Notes under the pieces: model-generated | What the model was told of the DNA's origin: nothing | Seen by the model: the letters and a program-made list of their open reading frames with translations, nothing else | The model's database searches: none | DNA from: Bryobacteraceae bacterium | GTDB taxonomy: Bacteria; Acidobacteriota; Terriglobia; Bryobacterales; Bryobacteraceae | Direction: 5' to 3' | DNA length: 64,000 nucleotides | NCBI GenBank assembly: GCA_044226365.1 | Contig: JBGAHE010000005.1 | Coordinates: 7,088 to 71,087, forward strand | Made by a program: the position numbers and the translations under genes | In this document: positions 27,810 to 35,622 of the stretch, in pieces | How positions within the stretch are numbered: position 1 is the stretch's first letter | Layout: every line of letters begins with the position of its first letter

Positions 27810-29062
27810 TTTGGGGAACTTTCAGGGGCGGGCAGAGTAGCGAGAACAAGATCCAGCCCGTCGGTGAACCTAGGTTCATTGTAAACGACAAAGACGTTTT
27901 GGCCGCTTGGATGAACGCCGGCGAGGATGGGCGTCACTCCGGGCAAACGGAACTGTCCGCGGCGCATGGGTGTCGAAACTTCGGGGTAAGCCTTCGCCTC
28001 CACCAACTGCGTGGCCAGTGTCGCGCGCCACTTATTCGCCGCCAGTTCATCGAAGCGCACGCCCACCAGATAAGCGACACCGGTGGGCGCACTGCGCCGC
28101 TCCAGACAAATCAGGCGCCCCTTTAGCTGACTGCCCTTGGGGATCACGACCTGCTTCTGCAGCTTCACGTCGCGCCGCACGACGGCGCTTACCGCATCGC
28201 CAACCGCCGACTTCGCCCACAGCAGCGGCGTCACCAGATGAATGTCCATGCGCAAGCCGGTGGGAATGTCTCGCACTTCGGTAGGTGCCGAGAGCTGCGG
28301 TAAGCCATTCGGATCCGTGGGATCGGCGAAGATCAAGGCCGATTCGGTGGAGTACTGACGGCAGCCCGAGAACACCGTGCGATTCAGACTTACGGAGCCA
28401 TCGCTGCTTTCCATGTGCATCTCGCTCGCCTTGGGTAGCAGATACTCGCCATCGCCCAGGCGCACTCTCTGATAGTCGAGAATTTCGTATTCGGTGGGAA
28501 TCTCGAGCGCGGGCGGAATTTCGGTGGCGCGCACTTCGAGCCGCATCAGTTCGTCCGTCGCGGGATCAACGAAAAAACTGCCGCCATAGCCGACGGCCGC
28601 TTCGATATTACCGTGCCGGAGGATGAACGTGCTGCGTGTACGAGGGATGTTGTACTTGTATTCGATCGCCGCGCGGCCGCCGAGCTTCGTGGGGCCAACA
28701 CGCTCCACGTCCACGGGACGTCCCGCAAAAACGCTTTTCGCATGCAGCGCGAAACTGCCGTTGCCGATGGCCCCGCCCGATACCAGATCCCGCAGATGAC
28801 GGCTTTGAAACTCGCGCGAGCCGGGCCACGCGAACATCTCCGCGTTATCGACCAGAGCGACTTCGAGCCGCACCCGGTCCACCAGTTGCGGGCGCTTCGA
28901 GGCGGGCTCCTGGACGAAACGATCGATCGACTCGAGACAGGTGTAGTTGGGCAGGCGATTGAGGTCGCGGGCCACGCGCGCGCGGATGCGCCGCAGGTCT
29001 TCGGGCATATTCTGCGCGAGGAGACCACACGCCACCAAGCCGACCATCAACCGGCGAAGCAT
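27806..29062 (-). CDS. Hypothetical exported protein
   Basis: 418 aa, signal peptide MLRRLMVGLVACGLLAQ, no recognisable domain. Its stop overlaps the GH88 start (ATGA). Confidence 0.65.
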   Translation of the reverse strand: MLRRLMVGLVACGLLAQNMPEDLRRIRARVARDLNRLPNYTCLESIDRFVQEPASKRPQLVDRVRLEVALVDNAEMFAWPGSREFQSRHLRDLVSGGAIGNGSFALHAKSVFAGRPVDVERVGPTKLGGRAAIEYKYNIPRTRSTFILRHGNIEAAVGYGGSFFVDPATDELMRLEVRATEIPPALEIPTEYEILDYQRVRLGDGEYLLPKASEMHMESSDGSVSLNRTVFSGCRQYSTESALIFADPTDPNGLPQLSAPTEVRDIPTGLRMDIHLVTPLLWAKSAVGDAVSAVVRRDVKLQKQVVIPKGSQLKGRLICLERRSAPTGVAYLVGVRFDELAANKWRATLATQLVEAKAYPEVSTPMRRGQFRLPGVTPILAGVHPSGQNVFVVYNEPRFTDGLDLVLATLPAPESSPK

Positions 29063-29104
29063 CCTTTCAGTTTAGCGGGTCCGGATCTGGCATCCTTAGA
29101 AGAC

Positions 29105-29335
29105 ATGGCAGTCAAAGTATCGGTCAACAACAACGGCCCCCTTCGTCTCGAAGGGGACTTCACGATTCATGATGCAGAGGGGAAAGAGTTCGGTTTGGGT
29201 GGACGCACCGTGATCGGCCTGTGTCGCTGCGGTTTGAGCGAAAACAAGCCCTTCTGTGACGGCAGCCACTCCCGGCAGGGCTGGCAGTCGGTGTGCCCGG
29301 CCCGCGAGTTGCCGCCGCCCAAGCCCAAGGCCTAA
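29105..29335 (+). CDS. CDGSH iron-sulfur domain protein
   Basis: 76 aa from the ATG at 29105. Exact CDGSH signature CRCGLSENKPFCDGSH (C-x-C-x2-S-x3-P-x-C-D-G-S-H). The upstream part of ORF 28613..29335 is antisense to the previous gene. Confidence 0.8.
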   Translation: MAVKVSVNNNGPLRLEGDFTIHDAEGKEFGLGGRTVIGLCRCGLSENKPFCDGSHSRQGWQSVCPARELPPPKPKA

Positions 29336-29342
29336 GTTCACG

Positions 29343-30629
29343 GTGAAGCTTTCGGATCTTCCTTCGGTCGATTCACTTCTCGGACGGCTGCCGCTGGAGC
29401 GCATTCCTCGCGCTCTTGCGGTGGCCGAAGTCCGGCTGGCCCTCGACGAAGCGCGCGAACGGATTCGCGCGGGAGCCGAGCCGGAACCGCTCGAACCCCT
29501 CATCCTCCAGCGGCTGGAACAGCTGGAACGTCCGTCCCTCCAACGCGTGATCAACGCCACCGGCGTGGTGCTCCACACCAACCTGGGGCGGGCTCCTCTG
29601 GTACCCTTCACTCCCCTGCCCGGCTACAGCAGCCTGGAATACGACTTAACCGCCGGACGCCGCGGCAAGCGCGATGCGCATTACGTCGGCCTGTTGTCCC
29701 GATTGCTCGGCGTCTCCGCCATCGCTGTGAACAACAATGCCGCGGCCACCTATCTGGTGTTGAACGAACTGGCGGCCGGCGGCGAGGTAATCGTTTCGCG
29801 CGGAGAACTAATCGAGATCGGCGACGGCTTCCGCATCCCGGACATCATGGAGCGCTCCGGCGCCCTGCTCCGGGAGGTGGGGACGACAAATCGCACGACG
29901 CTCGAAGACTATCGACGGGCGATTACCGACCGCACCAAGCTCATCCTGCGCGTGCATCCCAGCAATTTCCACGTCAGCGGATTTACGCACAAGCCGACGC
30001 TCGCCGAACTGGCGACGCTCGGCGTCCCGGTTTATGAAGACCTGGGCAGCGGTTGCCTGGTGGATTTGCGGCCGTACGGCATCAGCGAGCCATTGGTGGG
30101 CGAAAGTCTGGCGGCCGGCATCTCGCTGGTCTCGTTCTCGTGTGACAAGCTGCTGGGCGGTCCTCAGACGGGGATCATCGCCGGCGACAGCGCCCTGGTG
30201 GGGAGGGTGCGGCGAAACCCGATGTACCGCGCGTTCCGGCCGGATAAGCTGATCGTGCAGGCGCTGGAGGAGACGCTGCGGCGGCTGCTGCTGGAGCGGT
30301 ATGACGAAGTCCCTGCCCTGCGCATGCTGCGGCTGTCGCCGAAGACGTTGAAGACGCGCGCGGAAGCATTCGCCCGGCTGATCACCGGCGCGACGGTGGT
30401 GGCGGGCGAATCCGTCGCCGGCGGCGGGTCTACTCCGGACCAGTCGCTGCCCGCGTGGCTGGTGCGTCTACCCGGCTCCGCGAACGCCCTGGAGCGGCAT
30501 TTGCGGAGCAATTCTCCCCCGATCATCGCCCGGATTGCCGACGGAGCGCTGGTGCTCGACTTACGCACGGTGGACCCTGCCGACGAACCCCTGGTCGCCC
30601 AAGCCCTCTCATGCCATAATTTTAGGTAG
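29343..30629 (+). CDS. selA: L-seryl-tRNA(Sec) selenium transferase
   Basis: INATGVVLHTNLGRAPL and the PLP-lysine motif FSCDKLLGGPQTGIIAG. The in-frame GTG at 29343 (8 nt after the CDGSH stop) is preferred over ATG at 29256, which overlaps the CDGSH gene. Confidence 0.88.
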   Translation: MKLSDLPSVDSLLGRLPLERIPRALAVAEVRLALDEARERIRAGAEPEPLEPLILQRLEQLERPSLQRVINATGVVLHTNLGRAPLVPFTPLPGYSSLEYDLTAGRRGKRDAHYVGLLSRLLGVSAIAVNNNAAATYLVLNELAAGGEVIVSRGELIEIGDGFRIPDIMERSGALLREVGTTNRTTLEDYRRAITDRTKLILRVHPSNFHVSGFTHKPTLAELATLGVPVYEDLGSGCLVDLRPYGISEPLVGESLAAGISLVSFSCDKLLGGPQTGIIAGDSALVGRVRRNPMYRAFRPDKLIVQALEETLRRLLLERYDEVPALRMLRLSPKTLKTRAEAFARLITGATVVAGESVAGGGSTPDQSLPAWLVRLPGSANALERHLRSNSPPIIARIADGALVLDLRTVDPADEPLVAQALSCHNFR

Positions 30630-30645
30630 GAGTTTCACGCCAGCC

Positions 30646-31326
30646 ATGAAGATTTTCGCCGCTTTCGCGCTCTCCGCCGTTTTGGTCCTGGCCGCCGGAC
30701 CGACCAAGAGTCTCACCACCGTTGAGGGCACGTACGTCGAAGCCCGCAACGCCGACATCTACACTGGACCCTGCTATGCCAACTCAGAAGTGAACATGAT
30801 GGGCAATCTCGCCGTCATGGGTTGGCGCATCGAGAAGGGCAGCTTCGAGGGTGTCGACCTGGCCGGACTCGGCGTGGTGGGCGTGGTTCGCGCCAACTCC
30901 ACACTCGGCGACGTGATCGTCTCCGCGTACCCCGTGCAGTCCGTGCTGATCGTCGACCAGAAGGCTTCGGCCGCTCAGCGCGTGGCGCTGCAGGCGTTTG
31001 CCAAGCGGATGGGCGGCGACCTGTTCAGCAAGGTGGTCCGCGTGGAAGTGGCTCCGGTCAGCCTGGAGTTCGACAAGAACAACCTGCACTCGGTGAAGGC
31101 CAACCTGAAGGCCGGTGAACTGGCGAGCATCGAAACCCGCCCGATCGGCGATGGCGACCATCACTGCTCGAACGAAGAAGTGTGGTACCAGCCGCTGACC
31201 AAGGTGGATCATGCGATGGCCGGCTACGCGCTCGCCCACGACTTTAAGGGTCAGGGCCTGGATGCGACCTGGTCTTCGCCGCTGAAGCGCTCGGCGTTTG
31301 TCGGCAGCTTCCACCTGAACGACTAA
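30646..31326 (+). CDS. Hypothetical exported protein (possibly DUF1326-like)
   Basis: ATG at 30646, signal peptide MKIFAAFALSAVLVLAAG. EGTYVEARNADIYTGPCYAN...VDLAGLGVV faintly recalls DUF1326. The family call is uncertain. Confidence 0.6.
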   Translation: MKIFAAFALSAVLVLAAGPTKSLTTVEGTYVEARNADIYTGPCYANSEVNMMGNLAVMGWRIEKGSFEGVDLAGLGVVGVVRANSTLGDVIVSAYPVQSVLIVDQKASAAQRVALQAFAKRMGGDLFSKVVRVEVAPVSLEFDKNNLHSVKANLKAGELASIETRPIGDGDHHCSNEEVWYQPLTKVDHAMAGYALAHDFKGQGLDATWSSPLKRSAFVGSFHLND

Positions 31327-31346
31327 GCAAGTTCCGTGAAACACGA

Positions 31347-31378
31347 AAAGGCCCGCTCGCCCGAGCGGGTCTTTTTTA
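31347..31378. terminator. Bidirectional rho-independent terminator between convergent genes
   Basis: AAAAGG-CCCGCTC-GCCC-GAGCGGG-TCTTTTTTA: GC stem flanked by an A-run and a T-run, between the stops at 31326 (+) and 31376 (-). Confidence 0.75.
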
Positions 31379-32182
31379 TTGGTCCAGCTTCTTCAGAAAC
31401 GCGAGCATCAGCGCGTTCACCTCGGCGGGCTTCTCCATCATCAGAAAATGACCGGTGCCCGGCACCTTGTGATATTCGAGCGCCGGGAACAGCTGCCGCA
31501 GATAGCCTTCGAACAGCGTGGAGCCGCTGGCGTAGAGGCCGAGCGTCGGCATCGGTAGCGGCGTCTGGTCGTTCCACATGCGCAGGTCGAGCATGCCCTT
31601 GATCGCCCCGACTGCGGTCGCTTCAGGCGCGGCGAGCATCACCCGCAGAATGCGCTCATTCACCTCACCCGCTCCGGCGGGCGTCAGATAGGCCTTGATG
31701 ACTCGCTCTCGCGTCGCCAGGCCGGCGGCGCCCCGATAGATCTCCCAACGCCCCTGAGCTGCCTTGGCGTTCGCGGGCGGATAAATCGTCCCGTCCATCA
31801 GCACCAGGCCTTCAGTGCGTTGGGGAAACAAGCGCGCGAACTGCCGGATCACCGGCGTGCCCATGCTGTGGCCCACGAGCGTCGCCCGCTCCACTTTGGC
31901 TTCGTCCATCGCCGCGGCCACCGCTCGCGCGAAGTTGTCCATCGTCATTGCGGCTTCCGGGGGCACGCCGCTGCGTCCGTGGCCGGGCAAATCCACCGCC
32001 AGCACCCGGTAATGCGGACTCAGACCGTCGATCTGGGCTCTCCACAAGGTGGAGTCGCACGTCCAGCCATGCACCAGAACCACAGTGCGCGCACCTTGCC
32101 CCGTCGAGGTGTAATGGACCTCTCGCCCCTGGAAGGTCGCCCCGGCGAGCAGCGTCGGCAACAGGCAGCACCAAAGCTTCAT
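31376..32182 (-). CDS. Alpha/beta-fold hydrolase (exported)
   Basis: VVLVHGWTCDS, nucleophile elbow LVGHSMGTPV, and a C-terminal GHFLMMEKP His motif. Signal peptide MKLWCCLLPTLLAGA. Confidence 0.85.
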   Translation of the reverse strand: MKLWCCLLPTLLAGATFQGREVHYTSTGQGARTVVLVHGWTCDSTLWRAQIDGLSPHYRVLAVDLPGHGRSGVPPEAAMTMDNFARAVAAAMDEAKVERATLVGHSMGTPVIRQFARLFPQRTEGLVLMDGTIYPPANAKAAQGRWEIYRGAAGLATRERVIKAYLTPAGAGEVNERILRVMLAAPEATAVGAIKGMLDLRMWNDQTPLPMPTLGLYASGSTLFEGYLRQLFPALEYHKVPGTGHFLMMEKPAEVNALMLAFLKKLDQ

Positions 32183-33219
32183 GGTTTCAGATACCGCCTT
32201 AGGAAGGCATAGATCTCCGCGCGCGAGTCGCGGGCGAGCTTCGTGTCGAGCCGGTTGAAGACGTGCCCGCCAGGTGCGTTGTCGTAGACCTTGTATTCAA
32301 ACTTCTTGCCGGCCGCCTTCAGCGCGGTCGCCAGATGCTCCACCTCCAGGTAGTTCACGTCTTCGTCGTTGGTGTTGGTGTGGATCAGCAGCGGCGTCTG
32401 CAATTTGGCGACGTGAGTCACCGGCGAGCGGCGGCGGTACTCCTCCACGTTGTCGCGCACGGATTTGCCCACGTGATAGTCGGCCGAGAAAAGTTGCTCA
32501 TAGGCCGCGCCTTTGTAGCCCATGCGCGCCACCAGGTCGCTCACGGGCACACCCGCGTAACCCACGGCGTAGCCCTCGCCATGCTCGAACAGATTCATCA
32601 AAGTGATCATGCCGCCGTGGCTCCAGCCGATGATGCCGACGCGCTGGGGGTCGAGAAAGCTATAGGTCTCAAGCATCCAGTTGCGCGACACCCAGACGTC
32701 GTCATTCTCGCGGCCGCCGTAGTCGATGGCGCGCCAGAACTCGGCGCCGTAACCGGTGCTTCCGCGATAGTCCGCCGACACGATCGTATAGCCCTCGTTG
32801 ATCAACTCGCGGATGATATGCGCACTGCCGCTCGATTGAAAATTGGCGTGCACGCCTCCGTGGACGAAGACGAGCAACGGGTGCTTCTTGCTGCGATCAA
32901 GCTTACGAGGAATGAAGGTGTAGGCATGGAAGATCAGCGGATTGCCTGCCCCTTGCGCGGTGGGGTTGCGCTCTTTGGCCGGAGGCGGGCCGGTAATGGC
33001 GATCTTATCGACTTCAGCGATGTCCGCCAGCTTCTGATGCCACATCAGGTCATCGACGGCTTTGAGGAACTGATCGCGCGCATGATCGGTGCTGTCTGAA
33101 GCAGCGGGAGCGACCGTCGGAGCCGGCGCGGGCGCCGAGGGAGTGGCAGCCGATCGCGGCCCCGTCATGGTCACCTGTCCGGATAAGCAACAGGTCAGCA
33201 GGGCCAGCAGGATCCGCAT
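32179..33219 (-). CDS. S9-family (prolyl oligopeptidase/dipeptidyl aminopeptidase-like) serine hydrolase, catalytic domain only
   Basis: GWSHGGMITL nucleophile motif, VHGGVH, and a C-terminal NDEDV...GGHVF region. Signal peptide. 4-nt overlap with the downstream hydrolase. Confidence 0.8.
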   Translation of the reverse strand: MRILLALLTCCLSGQVTMTGPRSAATPSAPAPAPTVAPAASDSTDHARDQFLKAVDDLMWHQKLADIAEVDKIAITGPPPAKERNPTAQGAGNPLIFHAYTFIPRKLDRSKKHPLLVFVHGGVHANFQSSGSAHIIRELINEGYTIVSADYRGSTGYGAEFWRAIDYGGRENDDVWVSRNWMLETYSFLDPQRVGIIGWSHGGMITLMNLFEHGEGYAVGYAGVPVSDLVARMGYKGAAYEQLFSADYHVGKSVRDNVEEYRRRSPVTHVAKLQTPLLIHTNTNDEDVNYLEVEHLATALKAAGKKFEYKVYDNAPGGHVFNRLDTKLARDSRAEIYAFLRRYLKP

Positions 33220-33223
33220 TCCG

Positions 33224-33808
33224 CTAACGTAGCACGCCGAGCTTATCGAGCGGCCAGTAGACGAAGACTGCCTTGCCGTAGATGTAGCGGCGGGGCACGG
33301 GTCCCCAGGCGCGGGAGTCGTTCGAGGAACTGCGATGGTCGCCCATCACGAAGTACTGGTCGGCGGGCACGCGGGTCGGCGTCATCGAGTTGCGGTCGCG
33401 GTATTCGTCGGGCACGTATTCCTCGTCGAGCGGCTTGCCGTTCACCGACACCACGCCCTGCTGCACTTCGACCAGATCGCCGGGCAGGCCGATGACGCGC
33501 TTAATGTAGCTCTTGGTCGGGTCATTCGGGTACCAGAACACCACCATGTCGTATCGCTGCACGTCCTTCAGCCCGAACATGTAGACGAACTGATTGATGA
33601 AAATGCGCTCCTGATCGCTGAGCGCGGGCATCATACTGGTGCCCTCCACCTTCACCGGCCGGTAGAGGAAAAGGATCACGACGACGGCGATGATCACCGC
33701 GAGAAACAGATCCCGCAGCCAATACAACGTCCGGGCAAAGGCCGCTCGGCCATCCCGGGCGCGTTCGGGGCGCGTCGTTTCCGATGTAGGATTCTCTTCC
33801 ATATCCAT
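33224..33808 (-). CDS. lepB: Signal peptidase I
   Basis: VEGTSMMPAL (Ser box), YIKRVIGLPGD (Lys box), GDHRSSSNDSR. Confidence 0.92.
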   Translation of the reverse strand: MDMEENPTSETTRPERARDGRAAFARTLYWLRDLFLAVIIAVVVILFLYRPVKVEGTSMMPALSDQERIFINQFVYMFGLKDVQRYDMVVFWYPNDPTKSYIKRVIGLPGDLVEVQQGVVSVNGKPLDEEYVPDEYRDRNSMTPTRVPADQYFVMGDHRSSSNDSRAWGPVPRRYIYGKAVFVYWPLDKLGVLR

Positions 33809-33892
33809 TCACCCCAACCGGTTGGACGTTCCAACCGTGGGAACCGTTTGCTGTACTTCTAACACGCTCCGGCGCCTCGGCGCAATGCGGCG

Positions 33893-35599
33893 CTACTTGG
33901 CCGGCGGCGGCTGGTTGAGCAGCCGCTCCACCGTCGGCACCGGCAGCGCCCCCATGGTCAGCACTTCGTCGTGGAACTTCTTCAGGTTAAAGCCAGGCTT
34001 CTTCGCCTGCCGTTCGCGCATTTTGACGATCGCGCGCCAACCGGCGAAGTAAGTAGGAAGTTGCACACTCGAAAGCTTCGCTCGCTGGAGCTTGCCGACG
34101 GCCTCTTCCTTCTCCTGATACGTGTCCTCCAGCATCAGCTTCATGGCCTGTTCGTCGGTCATGCCCATGGTGTGGAGGCGGATGTCGAGGATGGTGTTGG
34201 CGATCATGCGCAACTGCTGTTTGAGGAACGTCATCTGCAGTTCCGGCGAGTGATTGCGATAACCGGCTTCCAGTAGCATCTGCGTCGCGTAGACGGCCCA
34301 GCCCTCAATGTACGGACCGTTGCCCCAAACGCCCCGGAGGACCCGACGCCCGCGCGGGTCAACGCGGTTGGCAAATTCGAACTGCACGTAGTGCCCCGGC
34401 ATGGCCTCGTGAATCGTGAGCAATGCCAGGCCCTGCAGATTGTACTCACGCAGCTTGGATTCCACCCGGTCCTGAGGCCAGTCCTTCGGAACGGGCGTGA
34501 GCCAGTAGGAAGCTTTCAACTCCGGGCTCAGCACCGGGGCCGGATTGAAGCCGCCCACGCTGTAGATGCCGCGCATGAACTCGGGCGTTTCGATGACGCG
34601 CAGGTTGCCCGTATCGCCCAGCGTGAGCAGTTGATGCTCGCGCACGTAGCGCGTGGTCTCAGCGAGATCCTTTTCGGCCGTGGCAAAGTAGTCTTCCCGC
34701 TTTGGCTGCTGCCTGGCAATGCGCTCGAGCATCGGGCGAACGCCTTCGGCACCCGCCAGTTTGGCCATCTCCGCGCGAACGCGTACCAACTCGGCCTCCG
34801 CGTCAGCCAGGAGCGTCTGCGGCGTATCGCCGCTGGCGATCACCAGCTTGAACTTCTGCGCATACTTCTCCGGCCCCAACCGCCAATCGGCCGGTCGCCG
34901 GCCGAGATCCGTTTCGAGCCACGTATTGAACGACTTCAACTCGGCGATCGCCTTGGTCGCCGCTTTGTCATAGGCCTCGCGCAGCTTCTGCGGACACGCC
35001 TGACGCATGGGCCCATCGATCAAGGCGATGTTGCCTTCGTTCTCACCGCGGGCCACCTTGTTCCAAATCTCCGGCGAATCGACCAGGTTCTTCCGCGCCA
35101 CGCGCAGGTAGGCAGGCACGCTTTCCATACGCCGAATGATCGAGTAAAAGCGCAGATCTTCTTTGGCGTAATTCAACGAGTAGGGGGCGAAGAAGGCGTT
35201 GCCCAAGGTCTCCACGTACATCGTGGGGTTGTGACGAAAACTCTGGATCGTATCGAACTCGAGGAGGTTATAGGCGATCTGATCGAGGATCAGGTCGTAG
35301 TCGGCCTGGTCCTGAGGAGAGATACGATCGCGCGGAATGTCGCGCAGCCCGTGCTCGAAGTCCTGGTAGAACTTCCGCTGCTTGTTGATGCTGGAGTTGC
35401 TGTAATCGTCCAGCATTTCGTCGAGGAAGTCCCCGGCGAAGCGGTGGAAGCCGCTGGCGGTGGCCGAAACAGGAACGAACGAGAGCGCCGTATAGACGAA
35501 CTCGTTCGTGTGTGGTTCCAGGTTGTAGAACCCACGCTTGCACGCGGGCAGAATCAGGATGAGCGCGCCGGCCAGCAGCGCGCGCCAGAAAGAGGCCAT
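33893..35599 (-). CDS. DUF885-family protein (putative metallopeptidase-like lipoprotein)
   Basis: 568 aa. HEAMPGHYVQ motif and the overall DUF885 layout. Signal/lipobox-like N-terminus (LILPAC). Confidence 0.8.
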   Translation of the reverse strand: MASFWRALLAGALILILPACKRGFYNLEPHTNEFVYTALSFVPVSATASGFHRFAGDFLDEMLDDYSNSSINKQRKFYQDFEHGLRDIPRDRISPQDQADYDLILDQIAYNLLEFDTIQSFRHNPTMYVETLGNAFFAPYSLNYAKEDLRFYSIIRRMESVPAYLRVARKNLVDSPEIWNKVARGENEGNIALIDGPMRQACPQKLREAYDKAATKAIAELKSFNTWLETDLGRRPADWRLGPEKYAQKFKLVIASGDTPQTLLADAEAELVRVRAEMAKLAGAEGVRPMLERIARQQPKREDYFATAEKDLAETTRYVREHQLLTLGDTGNLRVIETPEFMRGIYSVGGFNPAPVLSPELKASYWLTPVPKDWPQDRVESKLREYNLQGLALLTIHEAMPGHYVQFEFANRVDPRGRRVLRGVWGNGPYIEGWAVYATQMLLEAGYRNHSPELQMTFLKQQLRMIANTILDIRLHTMGMTDEQAMKLMLEDTYQEKEEAVGKLQRAKLSSVQLPTYFAGWRAIVKMRERQAKKPGFNLKKFHDEVLTMGALPVPTVERLLNQPPPAK

Positions 35600-35622
35600 A
35601 TCCTGATTCTAGGCGCTATGGC

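Noticed and set aside
29105-31326. Selenoprotein gene (in-frame TGA) or tRNA-Sec next to selA
   Set aside because: I looked for ORF pairs split by a single TGA with continuous family similarity and for a tRNA-like cloverleaf in the short spacers, and found neither. The neighbouring genes read through normally.
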